NCBI GenBank assembly: GCA_964625235.1
Contig: CAZVAZ010000003.1
Location: 1 to 42,601, forward strand
Source: an uncultured Hyphomicrobiales bacterium
GTDB taxonomy: Bacteria; Pseudomonadota; Alphaproteobacteria; Rhizobiales; JAJFHR01
DNA: 42,601 bases
Direction: 5' to 3'
A model generated the notes under the pieces. That model saw nothing but the letters and a program-made list of their open reading frames with translations. It made no database searches and was not told the DNA's origin. Positions 1 through 8,431 of the stretch are shown here, piece by piece (the stretch's first letter is position 1; each line of letters opens with the position of its first letter). Position numbers and translations under genes: made by a program.

Positions 1-535
1 TTTCTGAAGCGGTTTTCATTTCATCCCAGGTTGTCGGCACCGAGGCACCGGCTTTGTCCAGAGCATCCTTGTTATACCATAAAACCGGTGTGGATGAATT
101 GAACGGCATGGAGAGGAGATCGCCGTTGGGGGTTTGATAATAAGAGATAACCGCTGGCAGGAAAATAGATTTGTCCAGCTTGACGCCCGCATCTTTCATC
201 AGGTCTTCAATTGGATAAACAGCACCCTTGGCTGCCATCATTGTTGCTGTGCCCACTTCAAACACCTGAACGATATTGGGTTGTTTTTTGGCGCGGAAGG
301 CAGCAATCGCCGCTGTCATTGTTTCGGTATAATTACCTTTATAAACCGGTACGACTTTATACTTGGACTGCGTGGCATTAAAATCTGTTGCCATTTTATT
401 GATCCGCTCGCCATTTGTACCGCCCATGGCATGCCACCACTGAATTTCAGTTACGCCATCGGATGCAGCAAATGCCGAGCCTGCAGCAAGGCTCAAGGTT
501 AGTGCGGTTGTGGCTAATATTGCTTTTTTAAACAT
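1..535 (-). CDS. ugpB: sn-glycerol-3-phosphate ABC transporter substrate-binding protein (5' part; runs off the left edge)
   Basis: Not in the ORF track. Manual translation from ATG 535: MFKKAILATTALTLSLAAGSAFA (signal peptide)...TEIQWWHAMGG...YKGNYTETM...VQVFEVGTATMM...SMPFNSSTPVLWYNKD, typical of UgpB. GGGAGAG RBS upstream. Confidence 0.9.
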   Translation of the reverse strand, partial: MFKKAILATTALTLSLAAGSAFAASDGVTEIQWWHAMGGTNGERINKMATDFNATQSKYKVVPVYKGNYTETMTAAIAAFRAKKQPNIVQVFEVGTATMMAAKGAVYPIEDLMKDAGVKLDKSIFLPAVISYYQTPNGDLLSMPFNSSTPVLWYNKDALDKAGASVPTTWDEMKTASE

Positions 536-739
536 GATACATTCTCTCCCATTGAATATTTTCTTTATGAAGTGACAAATCTTGAATATCCACCTTGAAG
601 TGCAGTCTATGTAAGCCTATCGAATATTACAAGTAACCTCACGCTTGCGCGCGCGGATAGGTGCAATTTTTCTCTAGTGTTGTGATCCAAAAGGTCATAG
701 AGCACATGATTGAACTGGTTTTTGCAGGAATAAAACAAG

Positions 740-1702
740 ATGATTGATATCGTGAATGAAGTAAAACAGGCCGACAAGCGCATTCACGAACATATTCGAA
801 AAACCTATCTCGAACACTCCTCCGGGTATAGCGAAAAAACCGGAGCCGATGTATATTTCAAGCTGGAAAACCTGCAACATACGGGCTCTTTCAAGGCGCG
901 TGGCGCTTTAAACAAGATCCTGTCCTTGAGCGAGAAAGAACGTGTCCGTGGTGTGGTGACAGCCTCCAGCGGCAATCATGGTGCAGCGACCTCCTTTGCC
1001 CTGTCACAAATCGATTGCAGCGGCATTGTGTTTCTGCCGGAAAATGCATCGCCAGCGAAAATAGATGCCATTCGCAGGCTGGGTGCCGAAATTCGCTTTC
1101 ACGGCACTGATTCCGGTAAAACCGAACTTGCCGCCATTGAATTTGCCAGAAAAAATAACCGTACCTGGGTTTCACCCTATAATGACGCCACAGTAATCGG
1201 CGGACAGGGAACCATTGGTATTGAGCTGGTTGCACAACATGAAAGGCTCGATGCGGTGTTCATGGCGGTTGGTGGCGGCGGGATGATATCGGGTGTTTCC
1301 GCCTATCTGAAATCGGTGTGGCCCGATGTCAGGATGATAGGGGTTTCCCCTGAAAACTCTGCAGTGATGATGAAGTCTGTAAAAGCGGGTGAAATCCTCG
1401 ACATCCCCTCTTTGGATACATTGTCAGATGGCAGCGCCGGCGGCATTGAGCCCGGCTCGATGACATTTCCACTTGTGTGTGAACTGGTTGATCAATGGGT
1501 GAGTGTGACTGAAGATGAAATCGCCACAGAATTGCGGGGATTTATGAGCCTGCACCACCAAATGATTGAAGGTGCCGCGGCTGCCGCTATTGCAGGCTTC
1601 GTCAAAACAGCCGAACAATGGAAAGGCAAATCCGTCGCCATTGTCATCTGCGGGGCAAATATCTCTCTTGAAAAGCTCACCCACGTTCTGGCACAGAAAT
1701 AA
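740..1702 (+). CDS. PLP-dependent threonine/serine dehydratase family protein (short form, no regulatory domain)
   Basis: FKLENLQHTGSFKARGA (PLP lysine), SSGNHG, VGGGGMISG and CGAN motifs of fold-type II PLP enzymes; 320 aa. Confidence 0.9.
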   Translation: MIDIVNEVKQADKRIHEHIRKTYLEHSSGYSEKTGADVYFKLENLQHTGSFKARGALNKILSLSEKERVRGVVTASSGNHGAATSFALSQIDCSGIVFLPENASPAKIDAIRRLGAEIRFHGTDSGKTELAAIEFARKNNRTWVSPYNDATVIGGQGTIGIELVAQHERLDAVFMAVGGGGMISGVSAYLKSVWPDVRMIGVSPENSAVMMKSVKAGEILDIPSLDTLSDGSAGGIEPGSMTFPLVCELVDQWVSVTEDEIATELRGFMSLHHQMIEGAAAAAIAGFVKTAEQWKGKSVAIVICGANISLEKLTHVLAQK

Positions 1703-1917
1703 GCCAGAACAAAGACATAGGAAACCAAGCGCGTAATTTGTCAAAAGTTTGTAAGCTGTGCTGGTTTTCATACCCAATTGTCTGGGAATTTTCCTATCAG
1801 AAACTTTGATCATTCCTTTCCAAACTGAGTTTATCTGAACCCGGCATAGAACAATTTAACTTGATATTCTCTTCAAAATAAACAAGCATTCGTATTGATG
1901 AATGTAAAATTGGGAAT

Positions 1918-2244
1918 TTGATGATTAAAGTATCATATTGGTTGGTCCTGATAATCTATACTGTTTTCAATTCATCGGTGGCAAAAGGTGAGCCTGATCT
2001 TGAGTATGGAGAATACCTGTCATCTGAATGTACAGCCTGTCACTTGTTGTCAGGCAGACAAAGTAAAATCCCTACAATTATTGGGTGGGATCAAGGTGCC
2101 TTTATTACTGTAATGCGGGCCTATAGGGACAAAAAACTTAAAAGCGAAGTGATGCAGAACATTGCCTTTCGCCTGGGTGACGAGGAGTTGAAATCACTTG
2201 CCGCATATTTTGCCACAATCAAACCGGGGAAAAATCAAAACTAG
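1918..2244 (+). CDS. Monoheme class I cytochrome c, likely partner of the sulfide dehydrogenase
   Basis: Signal peptide, CTACH heme motif, C-terminal Met ligand region (VMQNIA), directly upstream of the FccB-like gene. The start may be ATG 1921. Confidence 0.88.
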   Translation: MMIKVSYWLVLIIYTVFNSSVAKGEPDLEYGEYLSSECTACHLLSGRQSKIPTIIGWDQGAFITVMRAYRDKKLKSEVMQNIAFRLGDEELKSLAAYFATIKPGKNQN

Positions 2245-2269
2245 AAACATTTTATGTAAGGAGGGAATA

Positions 2270-3544
2270 ATGGGAAACATTTCACGCAGAAAATTTGGAC
2301 TGCTTGCCGGAGCATCCGTTGCTGCCGGGGCGATAGTCATGCCGACCATAGTGCGTGCGGCAACGCCTAAAGTTGTTGTCATCGGCGGTGGTGCGGGAGG
2401 GGCGACTGCTGCCCGTTACGTCGCCAAGGGCTCCAAGGGGGCCATTGAAGTCACGCTTATCGAGCCAACAAGAAAATATTATACCTGTTTCTTTTCCAAT
2501 TTGTATCTCGGGGGGGTTCGGGATTTTGAATCGATCGGTCACACTTACGAAAAACTCGCTTACGATCACGGTATCAACGTTGTCCATGACTGGGCCACGG
2601 GCGTCGACCGCGACAAGAAGATGGTGGCGCTGTCTTCCGGTGCGATGGTGCCTTATGACAGGTTAATCATTTCTCCGGGTATTGATTTAAAATATGATTC
2701 TGTTCCCGGTTATTCAATCGAATCCATAAATTCCATGCCCCACGCATGGAAATCCGGCAATCAGGTGCAACTGCTCAAAGCCCAGGTGGAGAACATGAAA
2801 GAAGGTGGAACCTTTGTCATGGTAGCGCCACCAAACCCATTCCGGTGTCCGCCTGGACCTTATGAACGTATTTCCATGATTGCCAAAATCTTCAAGGAAA
2901 GAAACCCGACAGCGAAAATAATTATTCTGGATACCAAAGAAAAATTCTCCAAACAGGGCCTGTTTCAGGAAGGCTGGGACAACCACTATCCCGACATGGT
3001 TGAATGGCTGGCTCCGTCAATAACCGGAGGTATTAAAAACCTCAATCACCGGACCATGGAAATTGAAGCGGATCTTGATGTCTTTAAAGCTGATGCAGCC
3101 ACCGTTATTCCGGCGCAGACCGCAGGGAAAATAGCTGAATTGGCCGGACTGACCAACGATACAGGCTGGTGTCCCATTGTGCCCGCAACCATGCAATCAA
3201 CAATGGATGAAAATATTCATGTGATTGGTGATGCCTCCATCGCCAAATCAATGCCAAAATCCGGTTTTTCCGCCAACAGTCAGGCCAAGGTGGCCGCTAT
3301 GGCTGCACGCAGTGCTTTAACCGGCTCAAAGATGTTCGGTTCCAAATTTTCCAACACCTGCTGGAGCCTCATTGCTGTCAATGACGGTATCAAGGTGGGA
3401 GCGGCCTATGAAGCGGGCAAAGAAAAAATCGACGTGACAGCCAAGTTTATTTCCAAAACAGGGGAGGATGAAGCGGTGCGTAAAGCCACTTATGATGAAT
3501 CTGTTGGCTGGTACGAAGCAATTTCGGCTGACATGTTCGGTTAA
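2270..3544 (+). CDS. Flavocytochrome c sulfide dehydrogenase flavoprotein subunit (FccB/SoxF type)
   Basis: Start moved to ATG 2270 after the AAGGAGG RBS. Tat signal SRRKFG, VVVIGGGAGG FAD motif, FRCPPGPYER, MPKSGFSANSQAK, NTCWS. Confidence 0.92.
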   Translation: MGNISRRKFGLLAGASVAAGAIVMPTIVRAATPKVVVIGGGAGGATAARYVAKGSKGAIEVTLIEPTRKYYTCFFSNLYLGGVRDFESIGHTYEKLAYDHGINVVHDWATGVDRDKKMVALSSGAMVPYDRLIISPGIDLKYDSVPGYSIESINSMPHAWKSGNQVQLLKAQVENMKEGGTFVMVAPPNPFRCPPGPYERISMIAKIFKERNPTAKIIILDTKEKFSKQGLFQEGWDNHYPDMVEWLAPSITGGIKNLNHRTMEIEADLDVFKADAATVIPAQTAGKIAELAGLTNDTGWCPIVPATMQSTMDENIHVIGDASIAKSMPKSGFSANSQAKVAAMAARSALTGSKMFGSKFSNTCWSLIAVNDGIKVGAAYEAGKEKIDVTAKFISKTGEDEAVRKATYDESVGWYEAISADMFG

Positions 3545-3561
3545 CAATATGCGTTGAAACA

Positions 3562-3768
3562 GGTCCAGGCGATGGTCCGCTCGAGACCATCGCTTATTTC
3601 CACATCAGCGCTAAAGTCGAGTTTTTCGCGTGATCTGGCCGGATCACCAAAACGCCTGCCGGAGCGATCCCGGTCGCGGGCAGGTTTTAGATCGGCGGGC
3701 ATTTTGTTGCCGGTGATGGCATTGATGATCTCGCGGCCCGATGCCAGATTATAAACCCCACCGGGCCC
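3562..3768 (-). pseudogene. C-terminal fragment of an NAD-dependent epimerase/dehydratase
   Basis: Within ORF 3541..3897: PGGVYNLASGRE...RRFGDPARSREKLDFSADVEISDGLERTIAW matches the extended-SDR C-terminus. There is no N-terminal Rossmann part and an apparent internal deletion. Boundaries approximate. Confidence 0.7.
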
Positions 3769-3826
3769 ACTGATCCCAATGCATGAGCCGGAATTGAATA
3801 GAAAAGATGAGATAAGGTGACAGGTC

Positions 3827-4543
3827 TTAAAACAATACGGCAACGGCGGGATCAACATTGACATACTTGCTGTCAACGCGGCCAGCGCCAACGGCAACTT
3901 TTCTGGCCATATCTCTGCTCAAAAGTGATTCAACAGCAGTCTTCATCTTCGGATGGCGGGCCATGTTGCGGATCAATTGCTCCCGGGGCCATTGCACAAT
4001 TTGTGTGCCGGATTTAACTTGCGTTGTTGCAGAAGCCGGGGTGCCGAGCATCAGCGAAATTTCACCAATAAAATGCCGGGAGGGAATTTGAAAACGGCCG
4101 CAACCCTGCTCAATTTCAACCTCCCCTTCAATCACAAAATAAAGGTAGTCCGGAACTTTGCCAATCATCGTCAATGTCTCATCATCGGTCAATCTGCGTA
4201 TCTGACCGAGCTTCATAAAGAGCCTGAATTCTCCTGGCTGAATTTCACCAAACATTGAAAATAATGCTATTTGGTTGGCCGGAATCAACCGGACAGTGTT
4301 GCCTAATATAAGCACAGCCAGCCCGTAGATATTGGCAATTGACATAGCGGATGTTGCAATCATTGCTTCCCAAAGTGGCTCCTTGGCTGCAACCATGTAG
4401 TAGAACAGATAGACTATCGACCCGGTCAAAAGCAGAACGCGCAGTCTTAGTTGTCCTCGAAAGAGAAGAGCCGCAGCCTGGATTGCGGCAGCTAGAAAAA
4501 CCAAATTCCCCGGTGTAATTTGACTGCTTACGATTTCGTACAC
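3827..4543 (-). CDS. Membrane protein with C-terminal cyclic-nucleotide-binding (Popeye-like) domain
   Basis: Probable GTG start at 4543 after AAAGG. About 3 hydrophobic helices (LRLRVLL...YYMVAAKEPLWEAM), then LYFVIEGEVEI...FIGEISL...PASAT; the usual phosphate-binding Arg is absent. Confidence 0.75.
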   Translation of the reverse strand: MYEIVSSQITPGNLVFLAAAIQAAALLFRGQLRLRVLLLTGSIVYLFYYMVAAKEPLWEAMIATSAMSIANIYGLAVLILGNTVRLIPANQIALFSMFGEIQPGEFRLFMKLGQIRRLTDDETLTMIGKVPDYLYFVIEGEVEIEQGCGRFQIPSRHFIGEISLMLGTPASATTQVKSGTQIVQWPREQLIRNMARHPKMKTAVESLLSRDMARKVAVGAGRVDSKYVNVDPAVAVLF

Positions 4544-4677
4544 TGAACAACCTTTCCGTATCGCTGCAAATGAACCGATTTGGATTGAATGTGAAAACTG
4601 CTTACATTCACCGATACCGGTAATTGATTTGTGAAACACAATGAACCCGCAACATAAATCCGTTTGGAAACATTGAA

Positions 4678-4693
4678 TGTGGTTATTCGCACA
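4678..4693. promoter_or_regulatory. CRP-family-like box (TGTG-N8-CACA)
   Basis: TGTGGTTATTCGCACA in the divergent intergenic region; same geometry as TGTGA-N6-TCACA; a Crp gene is in the locus. Confidence 0.45.
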
Positions 4694-4813
4694 GTTCATT
4701 GAATTATCGGGAAATCGGAGAAAATGCTCCAAGCGCTTTAAATTATCAACGCAAGAAACAAACTGACCGACATCAGTGCAGCAAAACTTATTTGTCCAAA
4801 AAGAGTGGCGGAG

Positions 4814-4833
4814 TATGTGTGTTTTCCCACATA
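4814..4833. promoter_or_regulatory. CRP-family-like box (TATGTG-N8-CACATA)
   Basis: TATGTGTGTTTTCCCACATA, about 75 bp upstream of the peptidase ATG at 4906. Confidence 0.5.
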
Positions 4834-4905
4834 TTCCAGCGTCACTATCTGCCAGTATCTCCTCATTGAAGTTGATCCATGCAATTTTACAAGGAGGTAT
4901 TTCCA

Positions 4906-7794
4906 ATGTCTGATTCCACAATTCGAAACAAATATGGTGAAGTGGTTCATATGGGCCATCCAGCTGGCGTAGAGCAGGAGGCCGGTTTTGCCGGTGCCAC
5001 ACCTTCACAGATTGCCGACAAATATATCCAGTCACAATTGGCAACAATGGGCTTGCTTAAATCTCGTTTGGGAAATGACGAGGCCAGTCTTGCTGATCTC
5101 GAGCGTTCCAATGATCCGATTATCTCTGTTAGCAAGGAAAAGCGAATCGTAGGCGCGACGGTTGTTGTTTACGAACAATCTGCCATGGGTTTGCCCGTGT
5201 TTAACGCAACGATAGGTGTCTTGATCGATGATACCTCCCAATCGGTTTTATCGATGCAGTCTTCCGTGCATGCCACAATAAAAGTCATAAACCCCTCGGC
5301 AAAGAACAACGATCTGGATGGCGAAGAAAAGCCATTGAACAATACGGCGCTTAAGAAGGTTCTGGGATTTTCTCTATCTAAAATGGACAGTGGCCGCATC
5401 CATCGCCAGGTTATCTATCGCTTTGAGCCGGAAGAGCGTAGCGACGACTTTGAGGATTATGACGACGGCGGTTTCGAGCATCCGGGTTTGATAACGCTGG
5501 ATCTGCCGCCCGTTCCCAAAAATATCATTAACGGGGCGCATTACATTGTGAATGAAGTCCTGTTCAAAGCCCCGATGGATGAAAATGAAGCGTCTGTAAA
5601 CTGGCGAGCTCTGGTTGAGCCTGAAACAGGTGCGGTGCTGTATGTCCGTGCGCTTGTCGCAGGGGCAACAGCAATGATTTATGAACGCGATCCCCAAACT
5701 CAAAGCGGCGCATCAGTGACGGGGGCTTCTTCAAATGCTTTGTTGAACCCGTTCCGCACCTCTGTGACACTTGATGGATTGATTGGTGCCACACCGCAGC
5801 CATTATCCGGTGAATTTGTGGAAATTGTTGACCTAAGCGCACCTACTGTTGCGCCTCCGGTTGGCGCAAACCCGGCCAGTGCAATGAATTTCAACGTTCG
5901 CACCGATGATTTTTCGGCCGTTAATGCCTATTACCATTGCGATAATCTGTTCCGCACAATGCAGGATTATGGGCTTAATGTTACGTCGTATTTCAGCGGA
6001 ACAACCTTTCCTGTGCCTGTTGATCACCGTGGAAAAGGGGGCGCGTTGAATGCGGATGCACCGGGTAATGCAAGTGGTGACGGTATGGGAATGTTGCGCT
6101 TTGGTGTGCTGCAACCCGGTCAAACCGTCGGCATTGCGACATCCAACCGTGTCGTTTGGCATGAGTTTGGCCACGGCCTGCTATGGGATAATGTCAGCAG
6201 CCCGAATTTTGGTTTTGCGCATTCTGCCGGTGATGCACTGGCAGCGATTTTCAATGATCCCGGCAGCAATGAGCCTGATCGCGGTCATTCATTTCCCTGG
6301 ATAAATGAAGGAACACCGATTAGCCGGCGTCATGATCGTACAGTTGCGGGGGGATGGGCGTGGTTCGGTCCCAGCTGGAACACCCAATATGGCGGTGAGC
6401 AAGTCCTGTCTTCGACGCTGTATCGTATTTACCAGTCTCTTGGTGGTGCGTCATCGAATATCAGCAAGCAGAACCGTGCATCGGAGCTGACAACGTTCCT
6501 TATCTTCAAGGCAATCGGTTTGCTGAGTTCGACAACCCAGTTCCCGGAAGTGTACGAAACGGCTCTCGAAAATGCCGATAAAACCACTTCTAATTTCAAA
6601 GGAATACCCGGGGGAGCCGTGCACAAGGTTATCCGCTGGGGCTTTGAAAAGCAGGGACTGTTTCAGCCAAATGCTGCGCCCGGCCAGGGTAACAACGTGA
6701 TGACAGAGGGCAATCCGCCTGATGTTGATGTTTACATTGATGACGGCCGCAATGGCGAATATCAATACCTGGCCAATCACTGGTCCTGTCAAGACATGTG
6801 GGTGCGGAATTCAGCCGATGGCGGTCTGGCGCATCAACAGCCACTCGTTGGCTTGACAAACTACATGTATGTGCGGGTTAAAAGCCGCGGCATGCAGGAT
6901 GCAAACGGCGTCACCGTTGATGCATATCACGCTCTGCCGGGCACCGGTCTGGCTTTTCCCGATGACTGGGTGCCGATGGCCACGCCAACGCTCCCGGCCG
7001 CAGCACCGATTGCGCCCGGTGGAGAAACCATCGTTGGACCGTTTGCCTTTGTACCAACGCAGGTCGGACACGAATGCCTGATGGCAATCGCCCATGCCAA
7101 TGGTGATGCGGGAAATGATACAACGATTATGGGTACCGTTCCCGAGCATCGTCTGGTGCCGTTTGACAACAATATAGGTCAGCGCAATGTAAACCCGATC
7201 TATCCATCCTTCCGCTGGTTGATTAAATGGCTGGGTAAACACCTGATCTGGATTCGTAATCCGTTCAAAAAGCATGTCGTATGCGAAATTCGGATAAAAC
7301 TTCCGAAATTCCTGCGCAATCTCGGCTGGGATATGAAGGTCGTATCCAGGGGCGGCGCCAAGTTCGAACTGGCACCGCGTGATCGCCGCAAAATTGTCCT
7401 GTCCATCAACCCCGGTGAAGAATTCACGCCGGATATGGTGAAACGAGCAATAGCGCAGGGTGATCACGAGATCGCCATTGAAACCTATCTCGATGGTGAG
7501 CTGTCGGGCGGCATGTCCTATCCTCTGTCGTTTGATGCAATACCGGTGGATGACAAACCAACCGAAGATGATGACCGTGAACGCAAATGCAAATGCAAAT
7601 GCAAGTGCAAATGCAAGTGTGAGGAGGAGCGCAGAAAGTCATCCAAAAAACTCCCGCGCTCAACAATTGAGAAAATCGTCAACATACTGGACGAGGAAAA
7701 CCACCCGATCACAGATCAAAGTGCTGATCAAATGGTGATTAAACGCAGTGTTAAAACTGTCCGGATTGAAATCGATTTTGATGATGACGAGTAG
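4906..7794 (+). CDS. Large M36/M4-like (gluzincin) zinc metallopeptidase with propeptide-like N-terminus and beta-rich C-terminal domains
   Basis: AAGGAGG RBS before ATG 4906. FTP/PepSY-like segments (VVYEQSAMGLPVF; WRALVEPETGAVL), VNAYYH, VVWHEFGHG, FAHSAGD. No obvious signal peptide. Confidence 0.75.
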   Translation: MSDSTIRNKYGEVVHMGHPAGVEQEAGFAGATPSQIADKYIQSQLATMGLLKSRLGNDEASLADLERSNDPIISVSKEKRIVGATVVVYEQSAMGLPVFNATIGVLIDDTSQSVLSMQSSVHATIKVINPSAKNNDLDGEEKPLNNTALKKVLGFSLSKMDSGRIHRQVIYRFEPEERSDDFEDYDDGGFEHPGLITLDLPPVPKNIINGAHYIVNEVLFKAPMDENEASVNWRALVEPETGAVLYVRALVAGATAMIYERDPQTQSGASVTGASSNALLNPFRTSVTLDGLIGATPQPLSGEFVEIVDLSAPTVAPPVGANPASAMNFNVRTDDFSAVNAYYHCDNLFRTMQDYGLNVTSYFSGTTFPVPVDHRGKGGALNADAPGNASGDGMGMLRFGVLQPGQTVGIATSNRVVWHEFGHGLLWDNVSSPNFGFAHSAGDALAAIFNDPGSNEPDRGHSFPWINEGTPISRRHDRTVAGGWAWFGPSWNTQYGGEQVLSSTLYRIYQSLGGASSNISKQNRASELTTFLIFKAIGLLSSTTQFPEVYETALENADKTTSNFKGIPGGAVHKVIRWGFEKQGLFQPNAAPGQGNNVMTEGNPPDVDVYIDDGRNGEYQYLANHWSCQDMWVRNSADGGLAHQQPLVGLTNYMYVRVKSRGMQDANGVTVDAYHALPGTGLAFPDDWVPMATPTLPAAAPIAPGGETIVGPFAFVPTQVGHECLMAIAHANGDAGNDTTIMGTVPEHRLVPFDNNIGQRNVNPIYPSFRWLIKWLGKHLIWIRNPFKKHVVCEIRIKLPKFLRNLGWDMKVVSRGGAKFELAPRDRRKIVLSINPGEEFTPDMVKRAIAQGDHEIAIETYLDGELSGGMSYPLSFDAIPVDDKPTEDDDRERKCKCKCKCKCKCEEERRKSSKKLPRSTIEKIVNILDEENHPITDQSADQMVIKRSVKTVRIEIDFDDDE
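7583..7618 (+). repeat. In-frame hexamer tandem repeat GCAA(A/G)T x6 encoding (KC)6
   Basis: gcaaat gcaaat gcaaat gcaagt gcaaat gcaagt; the protein reads RKCKCKCKCKCKCEEE. Confidence 0.95.
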
Positions 7795-7804
7795 TTAAAC
7801 AGAT

Positions 7805-7836
7805 CGGAAGCCGGGTGACCGGCTTCCGCTTTTTTT
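7805..7836 (+). terminator. Rho-independent terminator
   Basis: CGGAAGCCGG-gtga-CCGGCTTCCG followed by a T-run, 10 nt after the stop codon. Confidence 0.85.
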
Positions 7837-7850
7837 CAGAGGAGGATTAA

Positions 7851-8402
7851 ATGTCAAAGGACAAAGACCCCACGGTTGGCAATCGCAAAATGCCGGTCCT
7901 GATCGCACTGTTTGCCATCATTTTCATTGCCATCTGGATTTGGTGGTTGTGGTGGCCGTATCCGATTACGACTGTATATCTGTCTCGCCATGCCGAGAAA
8001 CTTAACGCCACAGTCAACACACCACTTTCCGCTGCGGGAGAGATCCGCGCCGGAAAATTGGCACATGTACTGAAAGATGAGGGCATTGATGTTGTTTTTG
8101 TGACCGAGTTTGAGCGAACCCAAAAAACCGGAGAACCAACTGCCCTACAGGCTGGTGTCGCCATGATTCAATATGATTCTGGTGCACCGCAGGACCTGGT
8201 TGACACAATCCTTGCAGATTATGCCGGTGAACAGGTCCTGGTGATCGGACATTCAAACACGCTCGACAATATTGCCGCAGAGCTTGGAGTTTCGGGCGTC
8301 CCGGAGCTGAATGAAACGCAGTTCGACCGCTTGTTTATCGTGCATCGTTTTGGGTCATCGGCTCATCTGAACCGACTTCGCTACGGTTTGGAAACGCCCT
8401 GA
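7851..8402 (+). CDS. Histidine phosphatase family protein with N-terminal membrane anchor
   Basis: VYLSRHAEK, PLSAAGEIRA, RTQKT, VLVIGHSNT; hydrophobic N-terminal helix; GGAGG RBS. Confidence 0.85.
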   Translation: MSKDKDPTVGNRKMPVLIALFAIIFIAIWIWWLWWPYPITTVYLSRHAEKLNATVNTPLSAAGEIRAGKLAHVLKDEGIDVVFVTEFERTQKTGEPTALQAGVAMIQYDSGAPQDLVDTILADYAGEQVLVIGHSNTLDNIAAELGVSGVPELNETQFDRLFIVHRFGSSAHLNRLRYGLETP

Positions 8403-8431
8403 TTGTGACAGTGTGACAAAGGAGTTTGGAA

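Noticed and set aside
134-502. 122-aa plus-strand ORF
   Set aside because: Antisense shadow of ugpB. The same applies to most short track ORFs nested in the genes listed.
1918-3544. Sulfide dehydrogenase as sulfur supplier for thioamidation
   Set aside because: It is periplasmic (Tat signal), consumes sulfide, lies more than 10 kb away and is outside the scar-bounded block; proximity is the only link.
4544-5047. N-terminal 168 aa of ORF 3827..5047
   Set aside because: Overlaps the divergent peptidase and its promoter region; a GTG start with RBS at 4543 gives a coherent protein.
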